Made by a program: the position numbers and the translations under genes. Below are positions 41,866 to 56,099 of a stretch of 64,000 nt of DNA, one piece after another (position 1 is the first letter of the stretch; each line of letters opens with the position of its first letter). The notes under the pieces are model-generated. The model had not been told where the DNA came from. It worked only from the letters and a program-made list of their open reading frames with translations, and did no database searches. Origin of the DNA: Octopus vulgaris (Eukaryota); assembly GCA_951406725.2 (NCBI GenBank), contig OX597824.1, forward strand, positions 52,080,001 to 52,144,000, read 5' to 3'.

Positions 41866-42930
41866 ATGTCAGACCCTCAGCTTACTCAAGAAATGAAGTA
41901 TGCTGCTTTTTGGGGCTATAAATGCTGAGCATAGCGATTTAAAAATACTTAAATGTTTTAAAAGTCGTTAGATCTTTCGTCTACAATGTTCATACGGATT
42001 TAGCGACCGAAGATGGAAACGAATCACCAGTATGAAAGGGCAAAAAGCATTCTAAACGCTCTGAACTCATCAGAACACCTGAATTTATCCAGCAAGTCCA
42101 GCAGACTATTGATTACAATACCAGAAAATCCATGAGGTCAATCGCAAGAAATAATCAGAGATGTCCACGAAGACATCAGATATGCCTTATATGATGAGAA
42201 AAGGTCAATCTATATCAGTAAAAGCAAAAGAAAATAGCTAAATAAGATCTAAAAGGCTCTTAAACAAACTGAAAAATCCAGCAGAAAATTTGATTCAGTT
42301 TTTCTCGGACGAGAAAACCCTCGACCAAAATCAAAAAGATATAAGAAATGTCTGATAGCTTTGTGCAGACCCTCATAAAATTCCAAGAGTTATGCATAGA
42401 AAATTTCCTGAAACTGTAATGGTTTTAGGCGTTGTCAGTAATGAATGACAACTTACTTCTTTCCACAAGGCGTATAAGTTAACTCTGCCGCCTACATTGA
42501 GGTCCTGGAAACAGTTGTTAAACCATGGATAGACAGTGTACGCAATGGAAGGCCATATGTATTTCAGCAAGATTCTGCACCATCATACAAGTCTATAGTA
42601 ACGCAAGAATGGATGGGTGAAAATTTTCATGATCACATAACCCTAACATTTGGTCTCCTAATTCTCTTGATCTAAATCCATTGGACTATTACGTGTGAAG
42701 CGCTGTTGAGAGAGAGAGAGAGAGAGAGAGTGAGAGAGAGAGAGGGGGGGGAGTCAATGAACATGCCCTTCATGCAAAAGATTCTTTGAAAGCCGCCATA
42801 GTCAGGGTAGTGTCCAAAATGAAGCAGTATCACTTGATTCGAGCGTGTAGACGATTTAGATCTCACACTGAAGCAGAAGGTTCATTATAGAAAAGAAGGT
42901 TTATTTTTATCCTCACAATCCTTTTATTTA
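41866..42930 (+). pseudogene. Decayed DD37D (maT-type) Tc1/mariner transposase
   Basis: KKHSKRSELIRTPEFIQQVQ, FFSDEK, VMVLGVVSNE, YVFQQDSAPSYKS...W.PNS.DLNPLDYYV. About 37 residues separate the 2nd and 3rd D after correcting one frameshift. Confidence 0.85.
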
Positions 42931-42989
42931 TATACATAGACAGACACATACATCCACACATATACAAACATACATACACACACGGACAG

Positions 42990-43060
<71 letters not shown>

Positions 43061-43299
43061 TATATATACATATATATATATATGCAAACATAGGTGTCCC
43101 GAGACACTCATATCCTGTAATTTACGACGCATAAAATAAGGTGTGGTTGTTTGTCGATGATATCGCTAGCAAAATAATGACACTCGAGAATATCTTTATT
43201 TAATTCGGTAGAATGTTTCTGACATACGATTTATTTTGCTACAAATAGGGAATGTTTGAATGGCAACTGTACATACATAGGTATGTACGTGAGTATATA

Positions 43300-43371
<72 letters not shown>

Positions 43372-43387
43372 CATATATATATATATG

Positions 43388-43443
<56 letters not shown>

Positions 43444-43879
43444 CATACACACACATATATATTAGTTGAATTGATTTGCCAATATGACTAATAAAGACAG
43501 ATAAGACTTGTTTGATTTACGCACAATATAAATGTATATGTGTATATATATATATATACATATACATATATAGATATACATATATAGATATATATATAAT
43601 GTATGTAAATATATAATATATATGTGTATATGTATATATTTATAGATATAGATATATACATGTATGTATGTATACAGACACACACATACATATATATACA
43701 TATATACATACATACATACATACATACATACACACATACATACATATATATATATATATATACACACACACAAGTTATATGTGCGTAGATATACAAATGT
43801 TAGGGCGTTTAAATCGAACAAATCTTATTTGTTTTCCCTACTAGTCGTATTGATAAATGACACGCTCGACCTGTATGTA

Positions 43880-45170
43880 ACACTTCATCCCATAATTTCA
43901 GTCCAATTTTACGTTTTTTAAAATTGAATGAAATTTAATAGTATTTTAGAATGTCTAATGAAATAAAAAAAATTTTCCATGCATTTGTATACATTTTAAC
44001 TAATTAAACATTACTTTACAGAATAATAGAATTAAAATTTCCTTGATTAAAACCCTTTCTAGCATGGAAGTATCCAAAGAGTATTTAAGGCACATAATGG
44101 TTTATGAGTACAAAAAAGGAAACTCTGCAGCCGAAGCAACTCGAAACATACACTCAATTTTTAGGAAAGAATGCTTGAATGAATGAACTTGCAGAAGATG
44201 GTTTACAAAATTCAGAAGTGGAGATTTCAGCCTTCAAGAGGAAGATCGAACAGGACGTCCGGTTGAGTTTGATTATAAACTCTTTGAGACATTACTTGAA
44301 AATCCTTCATTATCAGTTGAAGAATTGGCAATAAAGCTTAGTTCAAACCTTACAACTGTTCATCGTCATCTTCAACAACTTGGAAAGGTTCCTAAACTTG
44401 AAAATTGGGTGCCGAAAATTGAATTGTCCGAAAGCAACTGCAAATCCTGAGTTGATATCTGCTCGTCTCTCCATTCTCGCGAACTCATTTCACCCCTTTT
44501 GGGTAGACTTGTGACTGATGAAGAAAAATGAATCTTCTATCGAAATGTTAAACGTCGTAAACAGCGGTTTGAGAAAAGGAAAAAGCTCAACCACAACCGA
44601 GAAGGGTATTTCCTGAAAAAAAGGTTTTTCTCTCTATCTGGTCGGATTGCAAAGGAGTAATTCACTTTGAATTATTACCACCTAATGCAACAATCAATTC
44701 TCAAGTCTACTGTTTACTGCCAGCAATTAGAGCGCTTGAACCAACCTTTGAAGGGAAAAAAGACCCAGTTTAGTGAATCGAAAAGAAGTGATGTTTCATC
44801 AAGACAATGCGCAACCCCACACTGCAAAGATCACAGAAGATCGAAGAGCTTGGTTGGGAAAAAAATTCCTCATCCACCTTATTCTTCCGACCTTGCTCCT
44901 TCAGACTACCATTTGTTTCGTAATTTACAGAATCATTTGGGGGACATAACTTTCGCAAGCCAGGAGCAGGTCAAAACTGACATTTCAGAATTCTTCGCTT
45001 TGAAACGAAAAGAGTTTTACATTGATGGGTTTAAGAAGCTTGTAAATAGATGGAAGGAAGTCATAGATAATCAGGGAAAGTACATTGATGATTAGATTTC
45101 AATTAAATATAACATTTGATCACTTATTTTCTTTATTCAAAATTCGGACAGAACTTATGGGATGACCTGA
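43880..45170 (+). mobile_element. Full-length decayed mariner transposon
   Basis: TIRs tcatcccataatttcagtcc / ggacagaacttatgggatgacctga followed by TA. ATG 44064 gives MEVSKEYLRHIMVYEYKKG, then WVP, LVTDEEK, FHQDNA, HPPYSSDLAPSDYHLF. Stop at 45095. Confidence 0.92.
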
Positions 45171-45612
45171 TATATACTTTCACCAAAGACCCAACCATAC
45201 ACACCCTATTGTGTATGGTCGCTGTCACTTTCCTAACGGCGACCACAAGGAGGAACGACAACATAAGGGATTGCACCTCCTTTGATCATTCAATGGATGC
45301 TGTGTTGTGGCTAAAGAACAACAACAAACCTCTCTACTTGCAAATCCAGAATGACAACCGAAACCAACCCAACTACCACTACCGCTAACATTACCACTAC
45401 TACTATAAACATTCTTGTTCCCTTTTCCTTTCTCGTTCTTTTTCCTCTTCTTCCTTCGCCTTTTTTATCATCATACCACCTCTGCCAACGACCACCATCA
45501 CAGCAAAAACCAAAGCCATTAGAATAACAGCATGAATGGCCTATTGGTGCCGGGGTGGTTATGGCGTATGCGACATAGGGGTGGTGATGGCTGGTTGCGT
45601 CTGCAAGAGAAT

Positions 45613-45668
<56 letters not shown>

Positions 45669-45776
45669 AACAGACAGAACTGTTATACATCGCATCGAGA
45701 AGAAACAGCATTGATTTCATAGTCAGTTTCGAAGTATCCAGAAGCTATTAAACACCCCCCACCTATTTACACTCAA

Positions 45777-45834
<58 letters not shown>

Positions 45835-45884
45835 ACAGCATGTGCATATATGTTCACTTACATACATGTACACACAGAATCATG

Positions 45885-46330
45885 TTACCTAGATTTGGGA
45901 TATTTTTTATGCGGATGATTTGAATATTATCGTAAATGAGGATTTAAGGATGGTAATGAAGAATGGTACCAGATGCAGGAAACCAACTAGGATAAGATGG
46001 ATTCGAGGAAGTAATCTTGAAATTTATCATCGATTTCAAAGTTTAGTCAAGAGAAAAATTACAAAGCTTGGAGGAATTACAATGTTCAGGAGAAAAAACA
46101 GATAACTACTTTCTTATGGGAATGAATTAGAAGGATAAACTAAATGATAGGTGGAATCAGCTTCTAGCTAGCAAAAATTTAAGGAATGCATTAACGTATT
46201 GCGAGACATATACATTATAGTATTAATGTATAAAATTTGCCTGGGAAAATATACACACAAGAACTTGTAGTTGATATATATGGGTACAATGTAGATAAAG
46301 TTAACTATTCAGATGTTAAGGTTGTTTGGG
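45885..46330 (+). pseudogene. Highly decayed LINE RT fragment (RTE-like)
   Basis: tttttatgcggatgatttg translates as FYADDL. The remainder is broken. Confidence 0.4.
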
Positions 46331-46582
46331 TGCATAAAAAGCGTGTTACTAGTAATTTCAACAAAACTAATAACTTTAATTTATAATTCATCTATAAATC
46401 TAGCCGTATCCAATAACTACCTTGAAAACCCCATTATACTCCACTCTTAACGGAACTCTATTTCATGCCGAGGGCAGTGTTTATGTTTTTAACGATGTTG
46501 ACAAGGATTACGGTACTAGTTCTAGTAAGGGAGTTCATAGCTAATGCTGACTTTGTGGCATACGTATATGCATGGATGTCTG

Positions 46583-46624
<42 letters not shown>

Positions 46625-46626
<2 letters not shown>

Positions 46627-48685
46627 ACAGTATTATTTTATTCCACACGGGTAGAATTATAGGAAGAAAAGAAATTGAAAATGCACCGAGAATAGTTCAA
46701 ATATGTTTTATTATTATATTTAAATTTTTTAACTGGTTTCACAGTTTACACTGATTTTCTAAAGTTTGAAATAGAAAAACGTGGCTTATATCACAGCTGT
46801 TTTGCTTCTCACTAGTGCTTGACGCTTGCCCTGTTTCTATAGGGAGTTCATGGCTCAAATTAGTATGTTTTGAATAGGGTTTGATAGGTAGAGTGGTCTT
46901 AGAAATGTTTGTAGGTTCCCCGCTACGTGCGTGTGTTAGTATCAAGTGACAATGTTTAGCGTCGTAAGTTAAGGCTGACATGGTTGAGTGAACAGGTCTA
47001 GTGGTAATACTAAACAATCAATGCTCTGAATATTTTCTGTCAAATGTTTGTAGAGACTGAACACGTGATTTAGCTAAAAAAAACCTCCGTTACGTTTCCC
47101 GCTACGTCCGTGCATTAGTGTCACGTGACAGCATATTTTGCGTCTAAAATGAAGGCCAACACGGTTGGGTGAACGTGTTTAGTTAGAATGAAGGCACTCC
47201 AAATGTAATCTGTTTAATGGGAGAGCAGACAGGAGTCTTCTGTATGTAGTCCAGTGGCTAAAGTTTAGGTTGTTAGCTTTGTAGGTTCCTCAAGTTAAGT
47301 GGCAGAATGAGTTTTGCGTGTGCATACTTATTTGTGTATGTACTTTGTTAAGATTTGTTAAGACTGGGTTTGAACATTTGTATGAAAGTATTCTCTTTGT
47401 TTATCCGTGTTTCATCTGTGGTAAGCACTGAATATAAGTAGAGTGGGAAGACCTGAAATTTAGGGGACTTATTTTTTGCACGTATGTCTATGTGTCCCCT
47501 CAGTGGAATCTGCTTAGTACTGAGGTCTCAAATTTGTTGTCAGTGAATGGTCAGTCTATTTCTTAGAGTAAGCTTTGTTTGGCTTAAGTAATCTTCATTA
47601 CATTCTTGTCATTTGATAGCGTATATTAAATTCCTTGATGAACATGTAAAGTGATTGTTTACGGTATAAATCTGTCCTGATTTGAATTTGCATGTTGTGT
47701 CTTCAATAAGACTAATGCAAGTCCCACAGTTCGGGCAGCCACACTTTTTGAATGTTGATGTAGGAGTTGTGGAAGGTAATTTAGCACTTGTGAGAAATTT
47801 TTGAGAGACTGATTGTCTTTTACTTTTAATTATTTTGAGTATTTCGAATGCTAGTTTCCTTCTTGGGTCTTGTGGGATGTTCTGGTGGATAATATTGTAA
47901 AACTCTGTATTTCTTGGGTTGTGTGTTGTAATAAATGGTAGATTATTGGATATATCTGGAGCGTTTTTCGCTTTCCGTAGTTTTTGGATATTTATTGCAA
48001 TGGTACTTTCTATTCCTTTGTCTATTAACTTTAATGGATATGTCTTTTAAGTAGTACTTGTTTTAGTTACTGGAGTCTTTGATTGCGAGTTTCGAGGTTT
48101 GAGACAGTTGTGCAGATTCTTCTTGCTGTATTAAAGGAAATATTATTCTTCGAGTGTTTGAGATGGTATGAGGAGAACAGTAAATATTGGATAGAATCTG
48201 TTTGTTTGTAGTAAATGTCTGTTTCAAAGTTTTTATCTCTTTTGATGATTAGTATATCCAGGAATGGTAGTTGAGTTTTACTGTATTCCATGGTGAAGTC
48301 TATATTATTGTTTATGCTGTCGATTAGTTCTTTGACATCTATAAGTTGTTTAAGTGCATGCGTCCATAGGATTAGGCTGTCATCTAGATAACCTTTCCAG
48401 GTTTCTAGTAGATATTTGTGGAAGTTCAAGCCATATCTTAATTGTGATTGTTCATATATCTGGACCTCCATGTAAGCAACAATTAGATTTGTGTAAGTCA
48501 GATCAACTTTTGTTCCGCCCCCATCTCAATCCCAGTTATTTGTTTGCAGATATTGCTAACGAAGTCAAACATGTTTTCGAGGATAAAACTTTACTCCTTC
48601 AGTGATGAAACCTTTTTTCAATTCTGTCTGGAATTTCATGATGGGATTTCTCAAGCCAGAAATTTGTTGCCTCTTGTCCATATCT

Positions 48686-48688
<3 letters not shown>
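46625..48688 (-). mobile_element. Penelope-like element (RT C-half, GIY-YIG, 3' non-coding region)
   Basis: [85 protein letters not shown]. Confidence 0.92.
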
Positions 48689-48740
<52 letters not shown>

Positions 48741-49033
48741 CATACATACATATACATACATATATATACATACATATACATACATACATACATACATATA
48801 CATACATACATACATACATACATACATACATACATACATACATACATACAAGGTAGTGGTACGACAATGCACCGATATTTACTGGAAATAGCAGTCGATA
48901 ATATACGACGCTATAGTAAAATTTCAATGTATATATGTATATATATATATACTTTACTCCTTCAGTGATGAAACTTGTTTCAGTTCAGTCTGGAATTTCA
49001 TGAGGAGCTTTATTACCTCTAGTCCATATTCTC

Positions 49034-49067
<34 letters not shown>

Positions 49068-49246
49068 GTGTAAAGAATATTGACTAGAGGCAATAAATTT
49101 CTGGCTCGAAGAAATCCCCTCAAGAAAGTCTAGACAGAATTGAAAAAAGTTTCAACACTGAAAGATTGTTTATTTATACCTTAATCTGATGGTGCTTTGT
49201 TTTACTGGATACCAATACTATTGTATTGCACTCTTTAATAATTCTT

Positions 49247-49284
<38 letters not shown>

Positions 49285-49349
49285 AGAATTCACGAAAAAA
49301 AAACAAAAGACGAAAACAAACACGTGTATTAATATAACGCTCGGGAATT

Positions 49350-50110
49350 GTGCTTGTTTCCACTAATAGATTGTTACCATACTGGGACATGTCCTTGAAG
49401 AATTTTAGTCAAACGCATTGATTCCCCTACTTATTTGTTTAAACGCTAGGCTAGTACATCTTTTATCACACGTTTTTGCCGAAGTGCTAAGTTACGGGTA
49501 CGTAAACAAAAAAGCATCAGATTTCTGGCAGTGGTGGGTACAAACATTGAAACAAAATCGCCTGCGCGAACAAACACGCAAAGATACAAACATACACACA
49601 CGCACGCGTTAATGTGTCGCAGAATGGTTCAAGGTTCGAGAGTTTCGTGGCTTGGCACTTATCAAAGTCACCCTGTTTTACGAAATACTAATAAAAAATG
49701 CATACGCTTTTTTCTGTTTGCATCAACATAAATTATATTCTTTCATTCTTCTACTTCTTTCAGTCATTTGACTGCGACCATGCTGGAGCATCGCTTTAAA
49801 GGGTTTTAGTCGAAGGAATCAATCCCAGGACTTATTTTTTGTAATTCTAGTACTCAGTCTATCCGCGTCTCGTGTCTTTTGCCGAACCGCTAGTCCACGG
49901 AAACATGAACACACCAGCATCGGTTGTCAAGCGATGGTGGGGGTACAAACACAGATATATATATATTATATAGAGGGCATTTATGTGTAATAATGCCCTG
50001 TATATAATATAAATAAATATATTTAATTGAAAAAATTGTTGGATTTTTTTCTTATGAGGTTTTTCGCGCTGACTACTTGATAAATTCTTATAAAGATTTA
50101 TCCTATTTTT

Positions 50111-50189
<79 letters not shown>

Positions 50190-50225
50190 ACATACATATA
50201 CACGACGTACACACACACACATGTG

Positions 50226-50258
<33 letters not shown>

Positions 50259-50960
50259 GTATTTCTTTCATTTGTTTCAGTCATTTGAATGCGGCCATGC
50301 TGGGGCACCACCTTTAGTCAAGCAAATGGACCCCAGGACTTATTCTTTGTAAGCCTAGTACTTATTCTATCGGTCGTTTTTGCCAGACCGCTAAGTTTCG
50401 AGGACGTAAACACACCAGCATCGGTTGTCAAGCGATGTTGGGGGGACAAACATAGACATCCAAATAGACAGACAGACAGACAGACAGACACACACACACA
50501 CACACACAGATATATATATATATATATATATATACGAGGGGCTTCTTTGAGTTTCCGTCTACCAAATCCAAACACAAGGCTTTGGTCGGCCCCATGCTAT
50601 AGTAGAAGACACTTTCCTAAGATGGTGCCACGTATGTGTGTATATATATATATATACACACTCATATACGTACACACACACACATGTTACGTATGTATAT
50701 ACATACATATATATATATACAAATATGTATAAACATACATATATATATGTATGTATATATAGATATAGACAGATATATATATATATACATATTTACGAGG
50801 GGATTATTTCAGTTTCCATCTAGCAAATTCTCTAACAAGGCTTTGGGGCTTTAGTCGGCTCGAGGCTATAGTAGAGGGCACTTACTGAAGGTGCCACGCA
50901 GTGGGACTGAACCCAGAACCGTAAGCTGAGAAGTAAACTTCTTATCACACAGCCACGCCT
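49350..50960 (-). mobile_element. Cluster of four family A SINE pieces (about 49350-49560, 49735-49955, 50262-50632, 50795-50960)
   Basis: Repeated cagtcatttgactgcg.ccatgctgg.gca, acaccagcatcggttgtcaagcgatg and ggtgccacgcagtgggactgaaccc blocks. Confidence 0.85.
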
Positions 50961-51841
50961 GTATCTATATGTATATACAGTATATATTTTATATGTTTGT
51001 GCGTGAGTGTTTGGGTATGGACACACACACACATGTGTGATCGCCATGTATCATCTCATATATATATATATATGTGTGTGTGTGTGTAGGTGTGTGTGTG
51101 TGTGTATAAATGACATTCACAGGGGCTCATTTGTAACTTTGACATTATGCGATATGGTTATTGTGTGTTATTGTGTTTTGAGGATATGTTTGTTTTCGCA
51201 CTTGTTCGTAACTATGCAGGTAAATGATACAGCGTTTACACATGTCACGCACACGCGCACACGCACTTACATACATTATGTGCGTGTGTGTGTGTTTGAA
51301 TGATAGGATTAAGAGGCAAATATTTTCGCTGAAGGTGGAGGAGCCTGGTTCGTGTGTGCATGTACACACACACACACACACACGCACACAATCAGAATAA
51401 CCGGCATAACCCAAGCTGCAAAGCTGCTATAAATTGTTTTTAATGAATGTCTGAATGCCTATTCTGTTGAAGAGAACACGAGTGGCTCTCTCTCTTGAAA
51501 TACTGTCGTTCATGAAAGAAGATGAAAGAAACGAAATTCTTATATAGCAGTCAAGTGGCTAGTACACTGTGCTACATACACACACTAATTATTAATAATA
51601 TATTAAAAAATTTATTTATGTCTATGACAAATTCTTAATTAGTGTAAATAAAGGATATAGATTGAAGGAAAGGAAAAGAAGTTTGCTGGATCTTTATTCC
51701 TGTTATTGTTTAATTCTTAAAATAACTTCCAAAATATATAGAAAATGGAGTATTAAGAGAGAAATCACGAATCGAAATTAAAACATTTTTTATAAAGTGT
51801 TGAATTTGGAGTGTTTAGAGAAAAACTACACATCTAAATAT

Positions 51842-52030
51842 TGTTTCAAATTTTGTTAGAATGCCAGCAATTTGGGGGTGAGGCTAAGTCGATTACATCG
51901 ACCTCAATGCTCGACTGCTACTTATTTTATCGATCCCGGAAGGATGACAGGTAAAGTCGACCTCGGTGGAATTTGAACTCATAACGTAAAGACAGGCAAA
52001 ATGCTAAGCATTTTGCCGGCGTGCTAACGA
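51842..52030 (-). mobile_element. Nin/Deu-domain SINE (family B)
   Basis: gtcgattacatcgacc...tttatcgatcccggaaggatga...gtcgacctcggtggaatttgaactc...gctcgccacctt. Confidence 0.85.
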
Positions 52031-52887
52031 TTCTGCTAGCTCGCCACCTTACACACATCTAAAAAATGGGACTGTTACACGTGCCCAAATATTCTTTTCA
52101 CACAACCATTTGTGGATTACTTAACGATATTACAGTTTGGTAAATCTCTTCGACACTAATAGGTCAACTGATTTTGGCACTGTTTTCATAGAAGCTGTAT
52201 CTATGACACCAACACTACCAAAAGGATAACTTCTCTCTACAATATTGTAGCAAACTGATCGGATAGATGATGTCCCTCCGAAAATAGGAGTGTTGTTTAT
52301 AGACTATTTGAAGGCCATAACGATTTTAGTCATACACAATTTCCTTACCTTTTTTGTTTCTTTGGGGGTCACTGGTAGGGTGTGACAATATCGCTACTAT
52401 TCCTTCCTAAAGTCCCACATAAGGCCTCTAAAGTTTTAATTTTCTGTATCATTGAATATTCATCCTAAAAAATATTATTTGGCATTTCCTACTTCTTATC
52501 AAAGTTACAAACAGTTCCATCACTTGTGCACAAATCCAAGTAGAATTTAAAAACATATGGTGCATTATCCTCATCCCCACCCCACTGTATTATGTGGGTT
52601 ATTTCTAACCTATTTTTAACCCATTCTATTTCTACTTTAAGCCACAAAATTTGCAAATCTGTTTTTGTAACACCTCTGTGCAAAATAAAAGATCTATTAA
52701 AGAATTATTATTATTTTGTTCCTACCCTTTACTTTTTCCTTGTTTTTGCGTTTCAAACACGCCGAGGACAAATTTATCTGTCATTCTTCTGGGATTGAGA
52801 AATAAAGTATTAAAAGCACTGATGCCGATGATATCAACTTACTCCACCCCTCAAAATCTTTTGCCATGCGGCTATATTTGAAACAAA

Positions 52888-52942
<55 letters not shown>

Positions 52943-52944
<2 letters not shown>

Positions 52945-53480
52945 ACGAGAGAGCAGTACATGCAATCAAAGTGGAACTGGGATAAAATATACGAAGCCCA
53001 GTTCATCCATCATGACAAACCGTCTGATAAGGTTACACCAGACACATGCATCACAACAACAGTGCACAAAATAGTGATCTTATATCAAGATAAACATCGC
53101 ATGACCTTGCCGGTGGGGCCCATTTAGAATTTTCTTCTGGTCGAGTAGCCCATCTCGCTCAAAAGGTCCCTGAATAAGGATTGTTTAAGGATGATGAACA
53201 AAACACCCATATTTCCAGAGGGGAATTATCCAAACCACCCCCAAATCCTCTCAACATGGCTATGATGCTCCCCCAGTACTCCTGCTCATAATCAGAGATG
53301 CACATATCATTAGCCACCAAGGGACATGCTCAACTGGTTGAGTTGAAGCAACTGACAAGCAAATCTGTGGTATTGAGCAGAATATTAGCTGTAGCCCATC
53401 TTTTATACCAAGACAAAACAATGTATATGATAACACTTCCAATCAGTTAAGATCAGAACCCATGGGAGCCACTGTATTGC
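52943..53480. mobile_element. Non-coding 540-bp insert bounded on both sides by (ATT)n, probable non-autonomous retroelement
   Basis: Complex sequence with sharp boundaries between (ATT)n at about 52889-52942 and 53481-53563. No credible ORF. Confidence 0.5.
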
Positions 53481-53493
53481 ATTATTATTATTA

Positions 53494-53564
<71 letters not shown>

Positions 53565-53567
53565 AAT

Positions 53568-54610
53568 GTGGTGAGCTGGCAAAATACTTACCACGTCGGA
53601 AAAATGCTTAGCGGCTTTTCATCCGTCTTTACGCTCTGAGTTGAAATTCTGCCGAGTCGACTTTGCCTTTCATCCTTTCGGGGTCGATAAATTAAGTACC
53701 CGTGAAACACTGGTGTTGCTGTAATCGATTAGTCCACCCCAACCAAATTTCTGACATTGTGCCTTCAGTAGAAAGGATTATTATTGTTATTAAGGTGACG
53801 AGTTGGTAGAATCGTTAGCACGCCGAGTGAAACGCCTGGTGACATTTTGTTCCTCTTCATATTCTGAGTTCAAATTCCGCCGAGGTCAATTTTGCCTTTC
53901 ATCCCTTTGGAGATAAGCATAGAAGTTGATGCAATTGACTGAACTCCTTCTCTGAAATTGCTGGTCTTGTGTCAAAATTTCAAAAAACGCGACGAGCTGG
54001 CAGAATCGGTGGCACGCTGGGCAGAATGCTTAGCGGAATTTCGTCCGTCTTTGTTTGGAGTTCAAGTTCCGCCGAGTTCAACTTTGCCTTTCATCCTCTT
54101 GGGGTCGATAAAATAAGTACCATTAATGTAATCAACTCCATCCTCTCCCTAAATTACTGGTCTTGTGCCAGCAACTTAGGGGAGGAGTAAAATTTTAAAT
54201 CATCATCATAATCATCATCAAGACACAATACAAAATGCTTAATGGCAATGCTACCGCTGCTCAGTCGATATAATAAGTACCAGTGAAGTACTGCGGTTGA
54301 TGTATGCGACTAACCCCTTCCCCCAAAATTTCTTGCCTGGTGCCTATAGTAGAAAGGATTAATATTAAGGCAGGTAATGTTCTGATAGAACCGTTAGCAC
54401 GTCGGACAAAATGTTTAGCAGGATTTTTCCAACTCTTTACGTTCTGAGTTCAATTTCGCTGATGTCGACTTTGATTTTCATCCTTTCGTCTTTTCATGGA
54501 GTGAGGTGGGGCGATAAAATAATTACCAGTCGTACACTAAGATCAATGTAATCGACTATTCCCCTCCTCGTAAAACTGCTGGCCTTGGGCCAAAAATTGA
54601 AATCATTATT
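53568..54610 (+). mobile_element. Head-to-tail array of about five Nin/Deu-domain SINEs (family B)
   Basis: Units start near 53568, 53792, 53989, 54265 (3' half only) and 54367. Most carry gagttcaa.ttc.gccga and ttgcctttcatcc. Confidence 0.9.
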
Positions 54611-54730
54611 GTCGTCGTCCATGTCGTCGTCGTCAGTCGTCGTTGTCGTAAATAGTTCGTATCTCACCATAATCGACTTTTCTTCTCTTCTTTCAGGTCA
54701 AATCAGGTCAAGATTTTGCTGCTTGTGACT

Positions 54731-56003
54731 GTCTTCTTCTTCTTCTTCTTCTTCTTCTTCTTCTTCTTCTTCTTCTTCTTCTTCTTCTTCTTCTTCTTCT
54801 TCTTCTTCTTTCCTTCTTCTTCTTCTTCTTCTTCTTCTTCTTCTTCTTCTTCTTCTTCTTCTTCTTCTTCTTCTTCTTCTTCTTCTTCTTCTTCTTCTTC
54901 TTCTTCTTCTTCTTCTTCTTCTTTCTCATCCTGCTCCTTCTTCTTCTCCTTCTCCTTCTTCTTCTTCTTCTTCTTCTTCTTCTTCTTCTTCTTCTTCTTC
55001 TTCTTCTTCTTCTTCTTCTTCTCTTCTTCTTCTTCTTCTTCTTCTTCTTCTTCTTCTTCTTCTCCTTCTTCTTCTTCTTCTTCTTCTTCTTCTTCTTCTT
55101 CTTCTTCTTCTTCTTCTTCTTCTTCTTCTTCTTCTTCTTCTTCTTCTTCTTCTTCTTCTCTTCTTCTTCTTCTTCTTCTTCTTCTTCTTCTTCTTCTTCT
55201 TCTTCTTCTTCTTCTTCTTCTTCTTCTTCTTCTTCTTCTTCTTCTTCTTCTTCTTCTTCTTCTTCTTCTTCTTCTTCTTCTTCTTCTTCTTCTTCTTCTT
55301 CTTCTTCTTCTTCTTCTTCTTTGTCTTCTTCTTTCTTCTTCTTCTTCTTCTTCTTCTTCTTCTTCTTCTTTTCTTCTTCTTCTTCTTCTTCTTCTTCTTC
55401 TTCTTCTTCTTCTTCTTCTTCTTCTTCTTCTTCTTCTTCTTCTTCTTCTTCTTCTTCTTCTTCTTCTTCTTCTTCTTCTTCTTCTTCTTCTTCTTCTTCT
55501 TCTTCTTCTTCTTCTTCTTCTTCTTCTTCTTCTTCTTCTTCTTCTTCTTTGTCTTCTTCTTTGTCTTCTTCTTCTTCTTCTTCTTTCTTCTTCTTCTTCT
55601 TCTTTTTCTTCTTCTTCTTCTTCTTCTTCTTCTTCTTCTTCTTCTTCTTCTTCTTCTTCTTCTTCTTCTTCTTCTTTGTCTTCTTCTTCTTCTTCTTCTT
55701 CTTCTTCTTCTTCTTCTTCTTCTTCTTCTTCTTCTTCTTCTTCTTCTTCTTCTTCTTCTTCTTCTGCTTCTTCTTCTTCTTCTTCTTCTTCTTCTTCTTC
55801 TTCTTCTTCTTCGTCGTCGTCGTCTTCTTCTTCTTCTTCTTCTTCTTCTTCTGCTTCTTCTTCTTCTTTGTCTTCTTCTTCTTCTTCTTCTTCTTCTTCT
55901 GCTTCTTCTTCTTCTTCTTCTTCTTCTTCTTCTTCTTCGTCGTCGTCTTCTTCTTCTTCTTCTTCTTCTTCTTCTTCTTTTTCTTCTTCTTCTTCTTCAC
56001 TAT

Positions 56004-56099
<96 letters not shown>

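Noticed and set aside
48625-48662. Apparent hammerhead-like text (ctggcttgaga...gaaattccag) on the minus strand
   Set aside because: It is Penelope RT coding sequence ([12 protein letters not shown]) and lacks a correct core.
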